Part shown: piece by piece, positions 1 through 11,592 of the stretch | How positions within the stretch are numbered: position 1 is the stretch's first letter | Layout of the letters: the number at the start of each line of letters is the position of its first letter | DNA from: Macrostomum lignano | Lineage: Eukaryota | Direction: 5' to 3' | Assembly (NCBI GenBank): GCA_002269645.1 | Contig: NIVC01000818.1 | Coordinates: forward strand, 1 to 64,000 | Length of the DNA: 64,000 nt | Notes under the pieces: generated by a model | Databases searched by the model: none | Seen by the model: the letters and a program-made list of their open reading frames with translations, nothing else | Told to the model about the DNA's origin: nothing | Program-made: the position numbers and the translations under genes

Positions 1-299
1 TGCACTAAACTAGGAAAATTAAACCAGAGGCGGTCACAGCCAGTGTGTGCAAAAGAAATTTAGAGTATCAAAGCAGGAGGCGGCGGTCATCGACTATTGT
101 TACAGGATAATACAGGACAGAATAGGGAAAGTGTAAAGTACAAAAAATCTTAGAAAATTTAAAATTAGCGCAGAAAAGAAATTCTCTCGGACTGAAAGGC
201 TGACGAGCGAGTTTTTTGTTTCTTAGAAATTGCACAGCTCCGCCGGAGGTGCGCCGGCTGCAATTCAACAGGGGATCATGATGCAGTTGTGAGATAAAG

Positions 300-900
300 G
301 AATAAGAAGGCTGTGAGATGAAGGGAATGGAAGGTGTGAGATGAAGGGAAGGGAAGGGTGAGAGATGAAGGGAATGGAAAGGGTGGGAAATGAAGGGAAT
401 GGAAGGGTGTGAGATGAATTGAATGGGAAGGGTGTAAGATAAAGGGAATGAAGGGTGTGAGATGGAAAGAAGGAAGGGTGTGAGATGAAGGAAATAAAGG
501 GTGTGAGATGAAGGGAATGGAAAGGGTGTGATATGAAGGGAATGGAAGGGTGTGAGATGAAGGGTGGGAGATTTGGGAGTGGGAAGTGTGTGAGATGGAA
601 AGAATGAAGGATGTGAGATGAAGGGAATGGGAAGGGTGTGATGAAGGGAATGGAAGGGTGAGAGATGAAGGGAATGGAAAGGGTGGGAAATGAAGGGAAT
701 GGAAGGGTGTGAGATGAATTGAATGGAAAGGGTGTGAGATGAAGGAAATGGGAAGGGTGTGAGATGAAGGGAATTGGAAGGGTGGGAGTTGAAGGGAATT
801 GGAAGTGTGTGAGATGAAAAGAAGGAAGGGTGAGAGATGAAGGGAATGAAGGATGTGAGATGAAGGGAATGGGAAGGGTGGGAGATGAAAGGAAGGGCAG
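300..900. repeat. Degenerate purine-rich minisatellite (about 24-nt GTGTGAGATGAAGGGAATGGAAGG units)
   Basis: Recurring GAGATGAAGGGAATGGAA units. The ORFs 68..1081 and 265..906 are translations of this repeat. Confidence 0.9.
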
Positions 901-906
901 ACTCAC

Positions 907-1008
907 CCCGAACAGCGGCGGCGGGCTCTCGCTGATGCAGAACCCGGATGCTGGGATGCGAAAGGCTCAGTGACTGCGCGCTGCGTGGGCTGGCCGAGGG
1001 TGACAGGC
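907..1008 (-). CDS. Putative internal coding exon (102 nt) of the unidentified minus-strand gene
   Basis: GC-rich island bounded on the minus strand by a polypyrimidine tract plus CTGCAG acceptor (exon starts 1008) and a GTGAGT donor (906-901). Length is divisible by 3. Reading phase is not resolved. Confidence 0.45.
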
Positions 1009-1329
1009 CTGCAGGGAAGGAGGAATGACTGATGAAATCCCAAATTTTACAGTTAGCTTCCGATTGCACAAATTGGATCATTACGAATGAATCAATAATT
1101 TAGAAATATTATTACTGTATATTTTAAGTGACTATAGATATTACGCGAATTATAGTAAGTATTTTTTTCAACAAGTACATAGTTTTGACTAAAAGCACTA
1201 AAGAATAGCAAATGTAGAATTATAATTTTTAAGACAGAAAAAGTTCGGATTAACGATTAGAACACGTCACAATATTCCCATGTTTCTTTTTTGAATTAGT
1301 GTTAATCCACTGAAGAATCTGGCTTTCGA

Positions 1330-1720
1330 TTGGGATATTATCCCACTGGGTGTGGATTTTTGGGATATTATCCCACTGGCTGTGGATTTTTGGGATATTA
1401 TCCCACTGGGTGTGGATTTTTGGGATATTATCCCACTGGCTGTGGATTTTTGGGATATTATCCCACTGGATGTGGATTTTTGGGATATTATCCCACTGGG
1501 TGTGGATTATTGGGATATTATCCCACTGGATGTGGATTTTTGGGATATTATCCCACTGGGTGTGGATTTTTGGGATATTATCCCACTGGGTGTGGATTTT
1601 TGGGATATTATCCCACTGGGTGTGGGTTGGGATATGATCCCATTGGGTGTAGATTGGGATATTATCCCACTGAGTGTGGATTGGGATGGATTGTGATAAT
1701 ATGGATTGGGATATTATCCC
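1330..1720. repeat. 30-nt minisatellite containing the palindrome TGGGATA-T-TATCCCA
   Basis: About 10 near-perfect copies of TTTTTGGGATATTATCCCACTGGGTGTGGA plus degenerate flanking copies. Confidence 0.95.
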
Positions 1721-2049
1721 ACCGACAATAAAATGAAGATTAAACATTGAAGAAATCGCATAAGCAGACAGTTTACACGGCCGGCTAGGAGACTAAAGAC
1801 TGAATTAGTCTAACTTTGCAGGCACACAAAGCAGTTATTGATTTTTTCAGCAAGCCTTCCAAGACTTGGCATTTTACCGCTGGAGTCGCCGGCATCACTT
1901 GGACTGAAATTCGATACCCTGAGAAATTCCTTCTGCGGCTGTGGGGCTGCGAGTTCGGTGAACAATCCGAGTTGGGATTCGAGTTTGAGTTTATGCTGGC
2001 TGAACAGAAACAAAGTTTGAGCATTTGATGGGAGAGTGGGCTGGGACTG

Positions 2050-2930
2050 AGCTACAGTTCTGGGCTTTGAGCTACGGGTTCAGGGCTTTGAGATAAGGGT
2101 TCAGGGCTTTGAGCTATGGGTTCAGGGCTTTGAGCTATGGGTTCAGGGCTTTGAGCTATGGGTTCAGGGCTTTGAGCTATGGGTTCAGGGCTTTGAGCTA
2201 TGGGCTCAGGGCTTTGAGCTATGGGTTCAGGGCTTTGAGCTATGGGCTCAGGGCTTTGAGCTATGGGTTCAGGGCTTTGAGCTATGGGTTCAGGGCTTTG
2301 AGCTATGGGTTCAGGGCTTTGAGCTATGGGTTCAGGGCTTTGAGATAAGGGTTCAGGGCTTTGAGCTACGGGTTCAGGGCTTTGAGCTATGGGTTCAGGG
2401 CTGTGAGCTACGGGTTCAGGGCTTTGAGATAAGGGTTCAGGGCTTTGAGCTATGGGTTCAGGGCTTTGAGCTACGGGTTCAGGGCTTTGAGCTATGGGTT
2501 CAGGGCTTTGAGATAAGGGTTCAGGGCTTTGAGATAAGGGTTCAGGGCTTTGAGATAAGGGTTCAGGGCTTTGAGCTATGGGTTCAGGGCTTTGAGCTAC
2601 GGGTTCAGGGCTTTGAGATAAGGGTTCAGGGCTTTGAGCTATGGGTTCAGGGCTTTGAGCTACGGGTTCAGGGCTGTGAGCTACGGGTTCAGGGCTTTGA
2701 GATAAGAGTTCAGGGCTTTGAGATAAGGGTTCAGGGCTTTGAGCTACGGGTTCAGGGCTTTGAGATAAGGGTTCAGGGCTTTGAGATAAGGGTTCAGGGC
2801 TTTGAGCTACGGGTTCAGGGCTTTGAGCTATGGGTTCAGGGCTTTGAGCTATGGGCTCAGGGCTTTGAGCTATGGGTTCAGGGCTTTGAGCTATGGGTTC
2901 AGGGCTGTGAGCTACGGGTTCAGGGCGGTG
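2050..2930. repeat. 21-nt minisatellite (GGGTTCAGGGCTTTGAGCTAT), probably intronic
   Basis: About 40 tandem copies with ATAA/CTAC/CTAT variants. It lies just beyond a candidate minus-strand donor at 2991. Confidence 0.95.
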
Positions 2931-2947
2931 AGGTACGGTTTCAAGAT

Positions 2948-5010
2948 TTAAAACAACAGCAATGGATAGAGGAACCATGGTGAGCACCCACCAGGAAACA
3001 CGATGGAGCCGGCAGACCCGGCCACAGTGGAGTCCTCCAGCTTCCTCGCGATAGCCGCAGTCGCTTGCCTTCGCTGCTGATGCGAGCTGACGGAGTGGAA
3101 GTGCTGCTGCTGCTGCTGCTGCCGGAGCCCCGCAGGCCGGTGCCCGAAGTGATGGTGCACCACCCGCACGGCTGGCTGCGGCTCACCTGGACCCGAACTC
3201 GGCGGACTCGGCGACGCCGCCCGGCCGACGGTCAGGAAGCGGCGCCGCTCGGCCAGCAGGATGGCGGAGGCGGCCGGCCGCTGCTCGGTGAGCATCGGGA
3301 TGTTCGCTTCCAGCAGTCGGCGCCGCATCAGGAGGCTGCGAGACGGTTGCGATGCTGACTGCCGCTGTTGCTGGCTCTGAGGCCGCTGCAGCGGAGGCGG
3401 CGGCGGTGGGATCAACGGAGAACTCGTGGGCGCAGCATCCCACTGCTCGACATCACCATCAGCTTCATCATCACCATCGCGAGCATCGGCACCAACCGGC
3501 TGGTGGCTGGTGGAGACGAGCGCCGAGTCGGCGAACCGGACGCTCTTGCGCTGCTGCCGGCCGGGGGTCCTCAGAATGCTGCGCCTGCGCTCCGGCGGAG
3601 CAGCAGGTTCCGCTTCCCTGGTTGCTATGCCAACGGGCTGCTGCTTAACCAGTCCAATTTCAGCCGGTTGCGGATCGAATGCAGCAACAGCCTTAGCAAC
3701 CGACAGCGGGACAGTTGTGTACACTGGAGACGGCTTCGAGTTCGAGCCTGTTGGCAGCTTAGCAAGCGCAGCAGCCGCGGTTTCTATGGAGCTGCTGAGG
3801 TCCCGGGCTGCATCGTCAGGCGCCTCATCGGGCGCATCAGCTGAGGCCTCGTCAGCAACGGTCGATACCGCAGGTACCGAACTGAGCGGCTGGACGGTCA
3901 CCGGCGCAGACTCATCGGCATCTTGAGCCTCAGCCTGAGAGCTCGGTGACAGCGGCTTGTACTCAATCACCATGGAAACGGGGGGCTCAAAGTCCGTTTT
4001 ATTTTCAGGCTCAGCGTTCTCAGTTGCAAAGGTGACCTGTTTGGCTCTGAAACGTTTATCAGCTGCCACTGCAAGAGGCTTAGTTTGCACTGGTTTAACT
4101 TTAGTTTCCATGGTAACCGGCTTTATCAATGCTGCGCTGCTATTGACTGCCGTTTCCATAGCAACGCGAGCCAGCGCTGTCTGCTGAGTTTCCCAGTCGC
4201 GCAGACCGACCCAATCATTGCCACTGTCAACAGGTGTACTGTTGCCAAGCAAGCCGCGTCCCTGGCAACAGCGGGTTTTGTGCATTTTTTTCGGTCGATA
4301 TTTCTCGGCAAAACTGACCGCTTCGACTCGAGTAGGCGCGGAGGAGTGCACCCTCCGCTGCTGCTGCTGTTTAGGTGAATGACCGCGACTGCGCTGCCGC
4401 TGTCGCCTTGGAGACGCCTTAGCGACCGCGGGCGCTACTTTAAGTAGGCGCCACGTGTCTTCCAGGCGACCGGCATTTAACAGGCCAACCGAATTTAAGT
4501 TGTTGGGTTGCCCTGCGAAATTGTGGGGATTGGGGAAACTGAAAAACTATGGGAATTAAACAGACAGACAGACAGACAGACAGAAACTAGGACAGCCAGA
4601 CACACAGTATGACAGGCAGACACACACTAGGACAGGCAGACACACACTAGGACAGGCAGACACACACTAGGACAGGCAGACACACACTAGGACAGGCAGA
4701 CACACACTAGGACAGGCAGACACACACTAGGACAGGCAGACACACACTAGGACAGGCAGACACACACTAGGACAGGCAGACACTAAAACAGCAGACAGGC
4801 ACTGAGACAGACTCACAAAGCTCCCAGTGCTCAGCATTGTCGCTCCTGGCGCTGGCAACATCCGACAGGCTGCGCACCCGCTGCTGCTGCCTTTGCAAGC
4901 CCTCAGTGGCTTCCAGCAGCCGTTGACGGCGCAGAGCGAGGGCGGCCTCGCGCCGTTTCAGCTCGTCCTCTTCGGCGTCCGCCGCTTGTCGCAGGCGCTG
5001 CAGTTGCCGT
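2948..5010 (-). CDS. Unidentified protein: coiled-coil exon (5010-4817) spliced to a long Ala/Pro/Gln/Ser-rich exon (4437 to 2992, or to stop at 2948). 5' exon(s) not found.
   Basis: Acceptor AG at 5012-5011 and donor GTGAGT at 4816. The exon reads RQLQRLRQAADAEEDELKRREAALALRRQRLLEATEGLQRQQQRVRSL and exits in phase 1. The phase-1 acceptor (AG 4439-4438) joins in frame to the 467-aa ORF 2948..4351. No recognisable domain. Confidence 0.6.
4561..4785. repeat. (ACAG)n plus 20-nt minisatellite GACAGGCAGACACACACTAG in an intron
   Basis: About 8-9 tandem copies between the exons at 4817 and 4437. Confidence 0.9.
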
Positions 5011-5174
5011 CTTTAAGGTGGCGAAAACAAATTAATAGTTTATAGTGCGGCTGCAACTCTGAACGACTGGGGATTTGCATGGCCTACTGCCAACCGCGCT
5101 TGACCTCCACCCGGAAGGACGGGGGTTCGAGACGTAGTCAGATGGAAATAAATTCTGACAGACCCAGATTAAAA

Positions 5175-5232
5175 TAGCCCATTGGTATCAGCAACCATTG
5201 TCTAAGTGGGTGGACAGGGGTTCGAATCCTGG
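5175..5232 (+). mobile_element. tRNA-derived SINE head remnant
   Basis: A-box-like TAGCCCATTGG and B-box GGTTCGAATCC at tRNA-like spacing. No complete cloverleaf seen. Confidence 0.4.
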
Positions 5233-7568
5233 AGAGAAGAAAAAACTTATAATATAATGAAAATGATGTAACTATGAATATACTGGTATTTACTGACCTC
5301 TTCTTCCGGTTCCCATCGCCAGTTCCTAGCCGCTGAGAGTCAGAACAGTTTGGAATTTCTCTGTCAAGCTGACTTGACAGTCCATGAGTGCCAGACATTG
5401 CGCTTTGGCACAGGCCTATAAAAGTCAGTCAGACTCAAGACTTTGGATAGTCAAGTCCAATCAAGTTCTTGCACAATCACATGATTGGAGCAGTAAGATG
5501 AAGATAATTGAATAAATTTGCTTATAATATAAAATTATTATTTATTATTTTCTAATTTATATTAAAGCAAAAAAATGTAACTTGATAGCCTATATCTATA
5601 GGCAATAAGGCCAATACCTTTTCTCACTTTACTGAATAGGAAAATAGCAAGTCATGCTAACTGGCTCTTGTTATGGCTAAGCAAAGCATATAATATAGGC
5701 ATACCAAAAAGAAGACAAAGGGGAATATAAAGAATAGACTAGGGTGCTAGGAAGGTCCAAGGACAAATTAAAAACTTTAGAGTAAATTTCAGCAAACAAA
5801 CAAAAAATATACATTTCTTGATTTCTTGATATTTATCAAGTTGCTTATCTTCTTATATACTAAATGAAAATATTATAAGTCTAAAATACAAATGAAATAA
5901 TTTTAATGTAATTAAATTAGGAATTGAAATATCTTTGAAATATTTTTTATAGTTTATATGGTCACTATAATAATAATAAATAACAACTACCAATTATCAG
6001 TCCCTACACTGACATATCATTTTATTTATTATATCATTTGTCATATCATATTTATCAATATTATATCATATCATTTATCATTATAATACTAAAATTAGGC
6101 TAAACAATGCCTAGAAAAGCCACTATAGGCCTAGTGAATACAAAATTTACAGAGTTTAGTATCTTGTACCTAGAGTCTAGAGTTGAGCAGATAATGATTA
6201 AAATTTAAATTGACTCCGTGACTTACTCAAGAATCAAAAAAAATTTTATCAAGCAGTAAAATTGGAATAGTAAGCAAGTCAAAACCTTAAATAAAAAATG
6301 ATTAAAAATGGAAATGAACTTTTAAATGTAATATATGGCCTTCAAATACTTCCTAGGGTTAAAGGCAAAGCCAAATAAATACAAAATAGTTACCTTGTGC
6401 TTGATACCTCAAATAAATAATCTTAAAAACAAAATAGCACTAGCAGCAGTGTTTTAAATTTAAAGACGACATGATTGATTTTACCACTTGTGCTTAAAAA
6501 ATGATGCATATAGTATTTGATGTACATAGTATTCGATGTACATAGTATTTGATACTATCTACGTCTTACGTCTAGTGTCGAAAAGAGAGATAAGTCAACG
6601 AGTTTGACGTTTTCGAATCAGCTCTAGCTACTAAGTACTAATAATATGCATTACTTTACTAATATCGCTTTTTATAAAAAAAGTTAAAATACAGGCTAAA
6701 CTCTATTACAATTTTTTTATAAAACTTAATAATATAAATTATATAGACTTATAAGTTTAAAATGTTTATTTTGTAGATTACTAGCTTATTTTGCGAAATA
6801 TATGCACAAATATTGTTTGTTTTTGTTTAATTTTTTGAAGTTGTAAAAGCAAAAATATGTACGATGCACACACAAAGAATAAATAAATCAACTAATGAAC
6901 TAACATTTCTTTTGTTAAAGAAAATTGTTAACTTTGGTGGCAGGAAAAGCTAAAAATTACGGTTTCCAAAATATATATTTAGTCTTTGGTTCAAGGACCA
7001 CTAGAAGTTACTGTTATATCGTCTAGTGTTACAATTACCGGTAACTTTTTTCTAGTGGTCCTTGGCTTGGTTCGGGGAGGCAGTTAGCATGGATCGACTT
7101 TTTTGCATGCTTGATGCCTTGTGTGAAAGCTCAGGCTTGGAAAAATTATCAAAACTCTTCCATGAAGCTTCGCCTGCTTCTTGTTAGTATACGCTCTCGT
7201 ATTTTTGGGCTTTCATCTACCGAACTCCGGAGTTAACCAACAATATTTGACTATGCCCTTGGTGGCCTACCTGACGATCCGCTACGTGTAAATGTACAAA
7301 AATACAGTCTGCATAATTGTATACATGCATGTTTACGACACATGTTGCGCTTTGCTGACAATACATATGAGTACGAGGTACACTGGCCGCGGGGTGCATG
7401 CAAGGGCTTCTTAAGATGTTCTTGGGAGCATGGTGCAGTGACCCTGGCATCCGAATTGGTGACCCTGATCTCACATCCAGCGCCTCGCTGTTTCCGTGGC
7501 GAAATTGGCGGCCGGCCGCTGTCTGCTGGCTGTGCAACGATGCCTCTAGGAGCCGCGGTCCTCCGGCA

Positions 7569-7735
7569 GTCACGTGACCCGGCTGCTCTACGGCGCCTTC
7601 TTCTGGCCAATCAGGTGTGGAAGCTGGCCAACTTCGAGACTCAGTTGCGGCTCAGAATCGTGCCTAACTGGACATTAGCGTCGCGATGGTGAGAGCGAGT
7701 GGCGCAGCTGCATTCAGTGCTTCTGCGTCTATAAA
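7569..7735 (+). promoter_or_regulatory. Candidate Pol II promoter: palindromic E-box GTCACGTGAC, CCAAT box, TATAAAA
   Basis: GTCACGTGAC at 7569-7578, GGCCAATCAG near 7605 and TATAAAA at 7729-7735 in a GC-rich island about 770 nt upstream of the first WSC-PAN ATG. The target gene is uncertain. Confidence 0.4.
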
Positions 7736-7817
7736 ATGGCAAAGTAATGGGGATCACTTCCGTCAAAAAACAAAAACAGCGTCAAAAAAGTTACATTTGT
7801 AACGTAATCGGTAAACT

Positions 7818-8232
7818 AGAAATGAAATGGTAAACTGCAGATGAAATGGTAAACTGCAGATGAAATGGTAAACGGGAGATGAAATGGTAAACTGCAGATG
7901 AAATGGTAAACTGCAGATGAAATGGTAAACTGCAGATGAAATGGTAAACTGCAGATGAAATGGTAAACTGCAGATGAAATGGTAAACTGCAGATGAAATG
8001 GTAAACTGCAGATGAAATAGTAAACTGCAGATGAAATGGTAAACTGCAGATGAAATGGTAAACTGCAGATGAAATGGTAAACTGCAGATGAAATGGTAAA
8101 CTGCAGATGAAATGGTAAACTGCAGATTAAATGGTAAACTGCAGATGAAATGGTAAACTGCAGATGAAATGGTAAACTGCAGATGAAATGGTAAACTGCA
8201 AATGAAATAGTAAACTGCAGATGAAATGGTAA
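7818..8232. repeat. 19-nt minisatellite GAAATGGTAAACTGCAGAT
   Basis: About 21 near-identical tandem copies. Confidence 0.95.
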
Positions 8233-8499
8233 CATGTTAAATGACGCCAACAATCGATAGTATCGAAACCTAGCTATGCTCGCATCTTTAAAGGTGCTCA
8301 GTTTTGATGAAACTGAGACGAATCTTCCAGTCCCCTCTCTAACTCTCCTCTCTCCCACTCTGCGATTGGCTGAGAGCTCAAGCAGCCCTCTGCTCAAGAA
8401 GCCTTCAGACAGAGAGATTTAGTTTAAGACGGAATGGTTAAAAATTCTCAAAGCTTGTTGAGTCATATTTTAACTCTTGAAATCTTCTAATTTGTGAGT

Positions 8500-9325
8500 A
8501 TGACCGCTCTGAGACAGCTGCTAGCCACATCGCTGCTGCTAAAGCTGGTGGCGGTGTTCACCTCGGCCGCCGCTCTCGAAGCCAGCACCGTGGCCTCCAC
8601 CAGCTACATCGGCTGCTATGTGGACAACCCGCTCGGAGTCCGCGACCTGGACGGCCTGTCTGGCATGAGCAGCATCGGAGAGTACGCGGTGAACTCTGTC
8701 CAGGCTTTTGTGAAGCGAATGTCCGACCTGACGGTGGCTCTGTGCAGCCACATCTGCTCGCTGGGCAGCTTCCGCTACTTCGCTCTGCAGAACTATCACG
8801 ACTGCAGCTGCGACAACGAGTACGGACTGTACGGCACCGCGGCGGAGTCGCAGTGCAGCTTCCCGTGCACCGGAAACTCCGCTGAGAAATGCGGCGGCGG
8901 GGCCCGGAACTCCGTCTACGAGAATGTCTATGCGACTCCGACAGCAGATCCAACTTCGGATAAGCCGTCTCCTGGTGAGCGCATGAATGCACGCGGACTG
9001 ATTGACTGACTTCCACAGATTTAGTTATATGATACGAGCGTATGGGTATCTATGCGGAAAAGATTTTGCTTCATCCAAATTCCCAGTGTCAGCCGCTGGC
9101 ATCTTCAACAAGATGATTGACCCGCCAGCCTCATCAAACGCCACCCTGGCCAGTCTGAAAACCGCCAACGCCATCGAGTGCGCGGCCGCCTGCCACCGCA
9201 GCCCGGACTGCCTCGCCTGCGCCTTCGTGCAGTCCAGCCGGATGTGCCACCTCATGAGATTCGCCGCTGTGCCCAGCGAGGTCAATAGCGAGGCGAGTTC
9301 AATCTGGACGAAAGTGCACGGCTGA
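8500..9325 (+). CDS. Secreted WSC + PAN/Apple protein, copy 1 (exons 8500-8974, 9093-9325; 235 aa)
   Basis: Hydrophobic signal peptide. WSC motif YIGCYVD..RDL..LTVALCSHIC..RYFALQ..CSC..YG..C..PC.GN..EKCGG..NSVY. Phase-1 intron GTGAGC(8975)..TGTCAG(9092). PAN motif ECAAACHRSPDCLACAFVQSSRMCHL. Confidence 0.9.
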
Positions 9326-9383
9326 GGCAGGACAAGCGATCGTTGGAACAAACCAAGCACTTGACAAATGTAATTGTGGCAAT

Positions 9384-10012
9384 GGCGGGCATCATAAACC
9401 CGAAATATCACAAGTCCAAAAAAGCACTTTCCATTATGAACGAAATATCGCAAACCCGAAATATAACAAACCCGAAATATCGCAAACCCGAAATATCGCA
9501 AACCCGAAGTATTGCAAACCCGAAATATCGCAAACCCGAAATATCACAAACCCGAAATATCACAACTCCAAAAAAGCGCTTTCCATTATGAACGAAATAT
9601 CGCAAACCCGAAATATAACAAACCCGAAATATCGCAAACCCGAAATATAACAAACCCGAAATATCGCAAACCCGAAATATCACAAACCCGAAATATAACA
9701 AACCCGAAATATCGCAAACCCGAAATATAACAAACCCGAAATATCGCAAACCCGAAATATAACAAACCCGAAATATCACAAACCCGAAATATCACAAACC
9801 CGAAATATCGCAAACCCGAAATATAACAAACCCGAAATATCGCAAACCCGAAATATCACAAAGCCGAAATATCACAACTCTAAAAAAGCACTTTCCATTA
9901 TGAACCCAAAATATTATAAATCCGAAAAAATCATAATTCCGAAAGTGCTAGCAACTCTCAATGCTATTTTAGTTTTCGGGTTTGTGATATTTCGGGTTTA
10001 TGATGGCGACCC
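9384..10012. mobile_element. MITE/foldback-like non-autonomous element with an internal 16-nt repeat array
   Basis: CATCATAAACCCGAAATATCACAA (9390-9413) is inverted at about 9982-10005. The interior is tandem (C/A)(G/A)CAAACCCGAAATAT units. Confidence 0.7.
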
Positions 10013-10319
10013 ATATTGTAATGCCACAAGTCTTACACTGCAGAACAATTCGTACTCAAGAGTCAGTGTACTCGGTACAATATAGCTTACCCTATTCTGT
10101 ACGACTCACACAGGTCAATCGCAGTAACCAAATCTAAAGTTTGCAACTAGGGAAAAACGTGAATTGTGAATGAGCAAATTGATGACTGACTTTATTCTTA
10201 TGGGTGGCGTCGGAGAGACAGCGCCGCTCACAGACTTCTTGGCTGCTCCAGTTGCAAGGCTCAAACTTGGCAGACTAGAAATAGATTTAGCGACAGGTTG
10301 AGTTGACAGGACAGATGCA

Positions 10320-11592
10320 AGCCTCGACATCTCAGCAGCTCTCCCAGTAAGCCTCGACATCTCAGCAGTTCTCCCAGTAAGCCTCGACATCTCAGCAATT
10401 CTCCCAGTAAGCCTCGACATCTCAGCAATTCTCCCAGTAAGCCTCAACATCTCAGCAATTCTCCCAGTAAGCCTCGACATCTCAGCAGTTCTCCCAGTAA
10501 GCCTCGACATCTCAGCAGCTCTCCCAGTACCAGTAAGCCTCAACATCTCAGCAATTCTCCCAGTAAGCCTCGACATCTCAGCAGTTCTCCCAGTAAGCCT
10601 CGACATCTCAGCAGCTCTCCCAGTAAGCCTCGACATCTCAGCAATTCTCCCAGTAAGCCTCGACATCTCGGCAATTCTCCCAGTAAGCCTCGACATCTCA
10701 GCAGCTCTCCCAGTACCAGTAAGCCTCAACATCTCAGCAGTTCTCCCAGTAAGCCTCGACATCTCAGCAATTCTCCCAGTAAGCCTCGACATCTCGGCAA
10801 TTCTCCCAGTAAGCCTCGACATCTCAGCAATTCTCCCAGTAAGCCTCGACATCTCAGCAATTCTCCCAGTAAGCCTCGACATCTCAGCAGTTCTCCCAGT
10901 AAGCCTCGACATCTCAGCAATTCTCCCAGTAAGCCTCGACATCTCAGCAATTCTCCTAGTAAGCCTCGACATCTCAGCAGCTCTCCCTGTACCAGTAAGC
11001 CTCAACATCTCAGCAGTTCTCCCAGTAAGCCTCGACATCTCAGCAGCTCTCCCAGTACCAGTAAGCCTCAACATCTCAGCAATTCTCCCAGTAAGCGTCG
11101 ACATCTCAGCAATTCTCCCAGTAAGCCTCGACACCTCAGCAATTCTCCCAGTAAGCCTCGAAATCTCAGCAGTTCTCCCAGTAAGCCTCGACATCTCAGC
11201 AGCTCTCCCAGTACCAGTAAGCCTCAACATCTCAGCAGTTCTCCCAGTAAGCCTCGACATCTCAGCAATTCTCCCAGTAAGCCTCGACATCTCAGCAATT
11301 CTCCCAGTAAGCCTCGACATCTCAGCAATTCTCCCAGTAAGCCTCGACACCTCAGCAATTCTCCCAGTAAGCCTTGAAATCTCAGCAGTTCTCCCAGTAA
11401 GCCTCGACATCTCAGCAGCTCTCCCAGTACCAGTAAGCCTCAACATCTCAGCAGTTCTCCCAGTAAGCCTCGACATCTCAGCAATTCTCCCAGTAAGCCT
11501 CGACATCTCAGCAATTCTCCCAGTAAGCCTCGACATCTCAGCAATTCTCCCAGTAAGCCTCGACATCTCAGCAATTCTCCCAGTAAGCCTTG
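10320..11592. repeat. 30-nt minisatellite CTCCCAGTAAGCCTCGACATCTCAGCAATT, with 36-nt variants carrying an extra CCAGTA
   Basis: About 40 copies. The unit resembles the degenerate CCTTGACATCTCAGC repeats inside the Helitron-like composites. Confidence 0.95.

Noticed and set aside
2052-2987. 311-aa (SPEPIAQ)n ORF
   Set aside because: It is a 21-nt minisatellite, out of frame with the neighbouring exon and just beyond a candidate donor at 2991, so most likely intronic. Not fully excluded without RNA data.
3065-4378. Plus-strand and alternate-frame ORFs overlapping GC-rich exons (also at 8539, 19795, 30942, 33995, 36497, 54727, 61976)
   Set aside because: These are shadow ORFs caused by high GC3 codon bias in the real genes on the other frame or strand.
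8500-9325. Horizontal transfer of a fungal or bacterial WSC gene
   Set aside because: It has a spliceosomal intron at a conserved position, host-like codon usage and TATA/CCAAT promoters, and WSC and PAN are both native to animals. Phylogeny would be needed to exclude ancient transfer.
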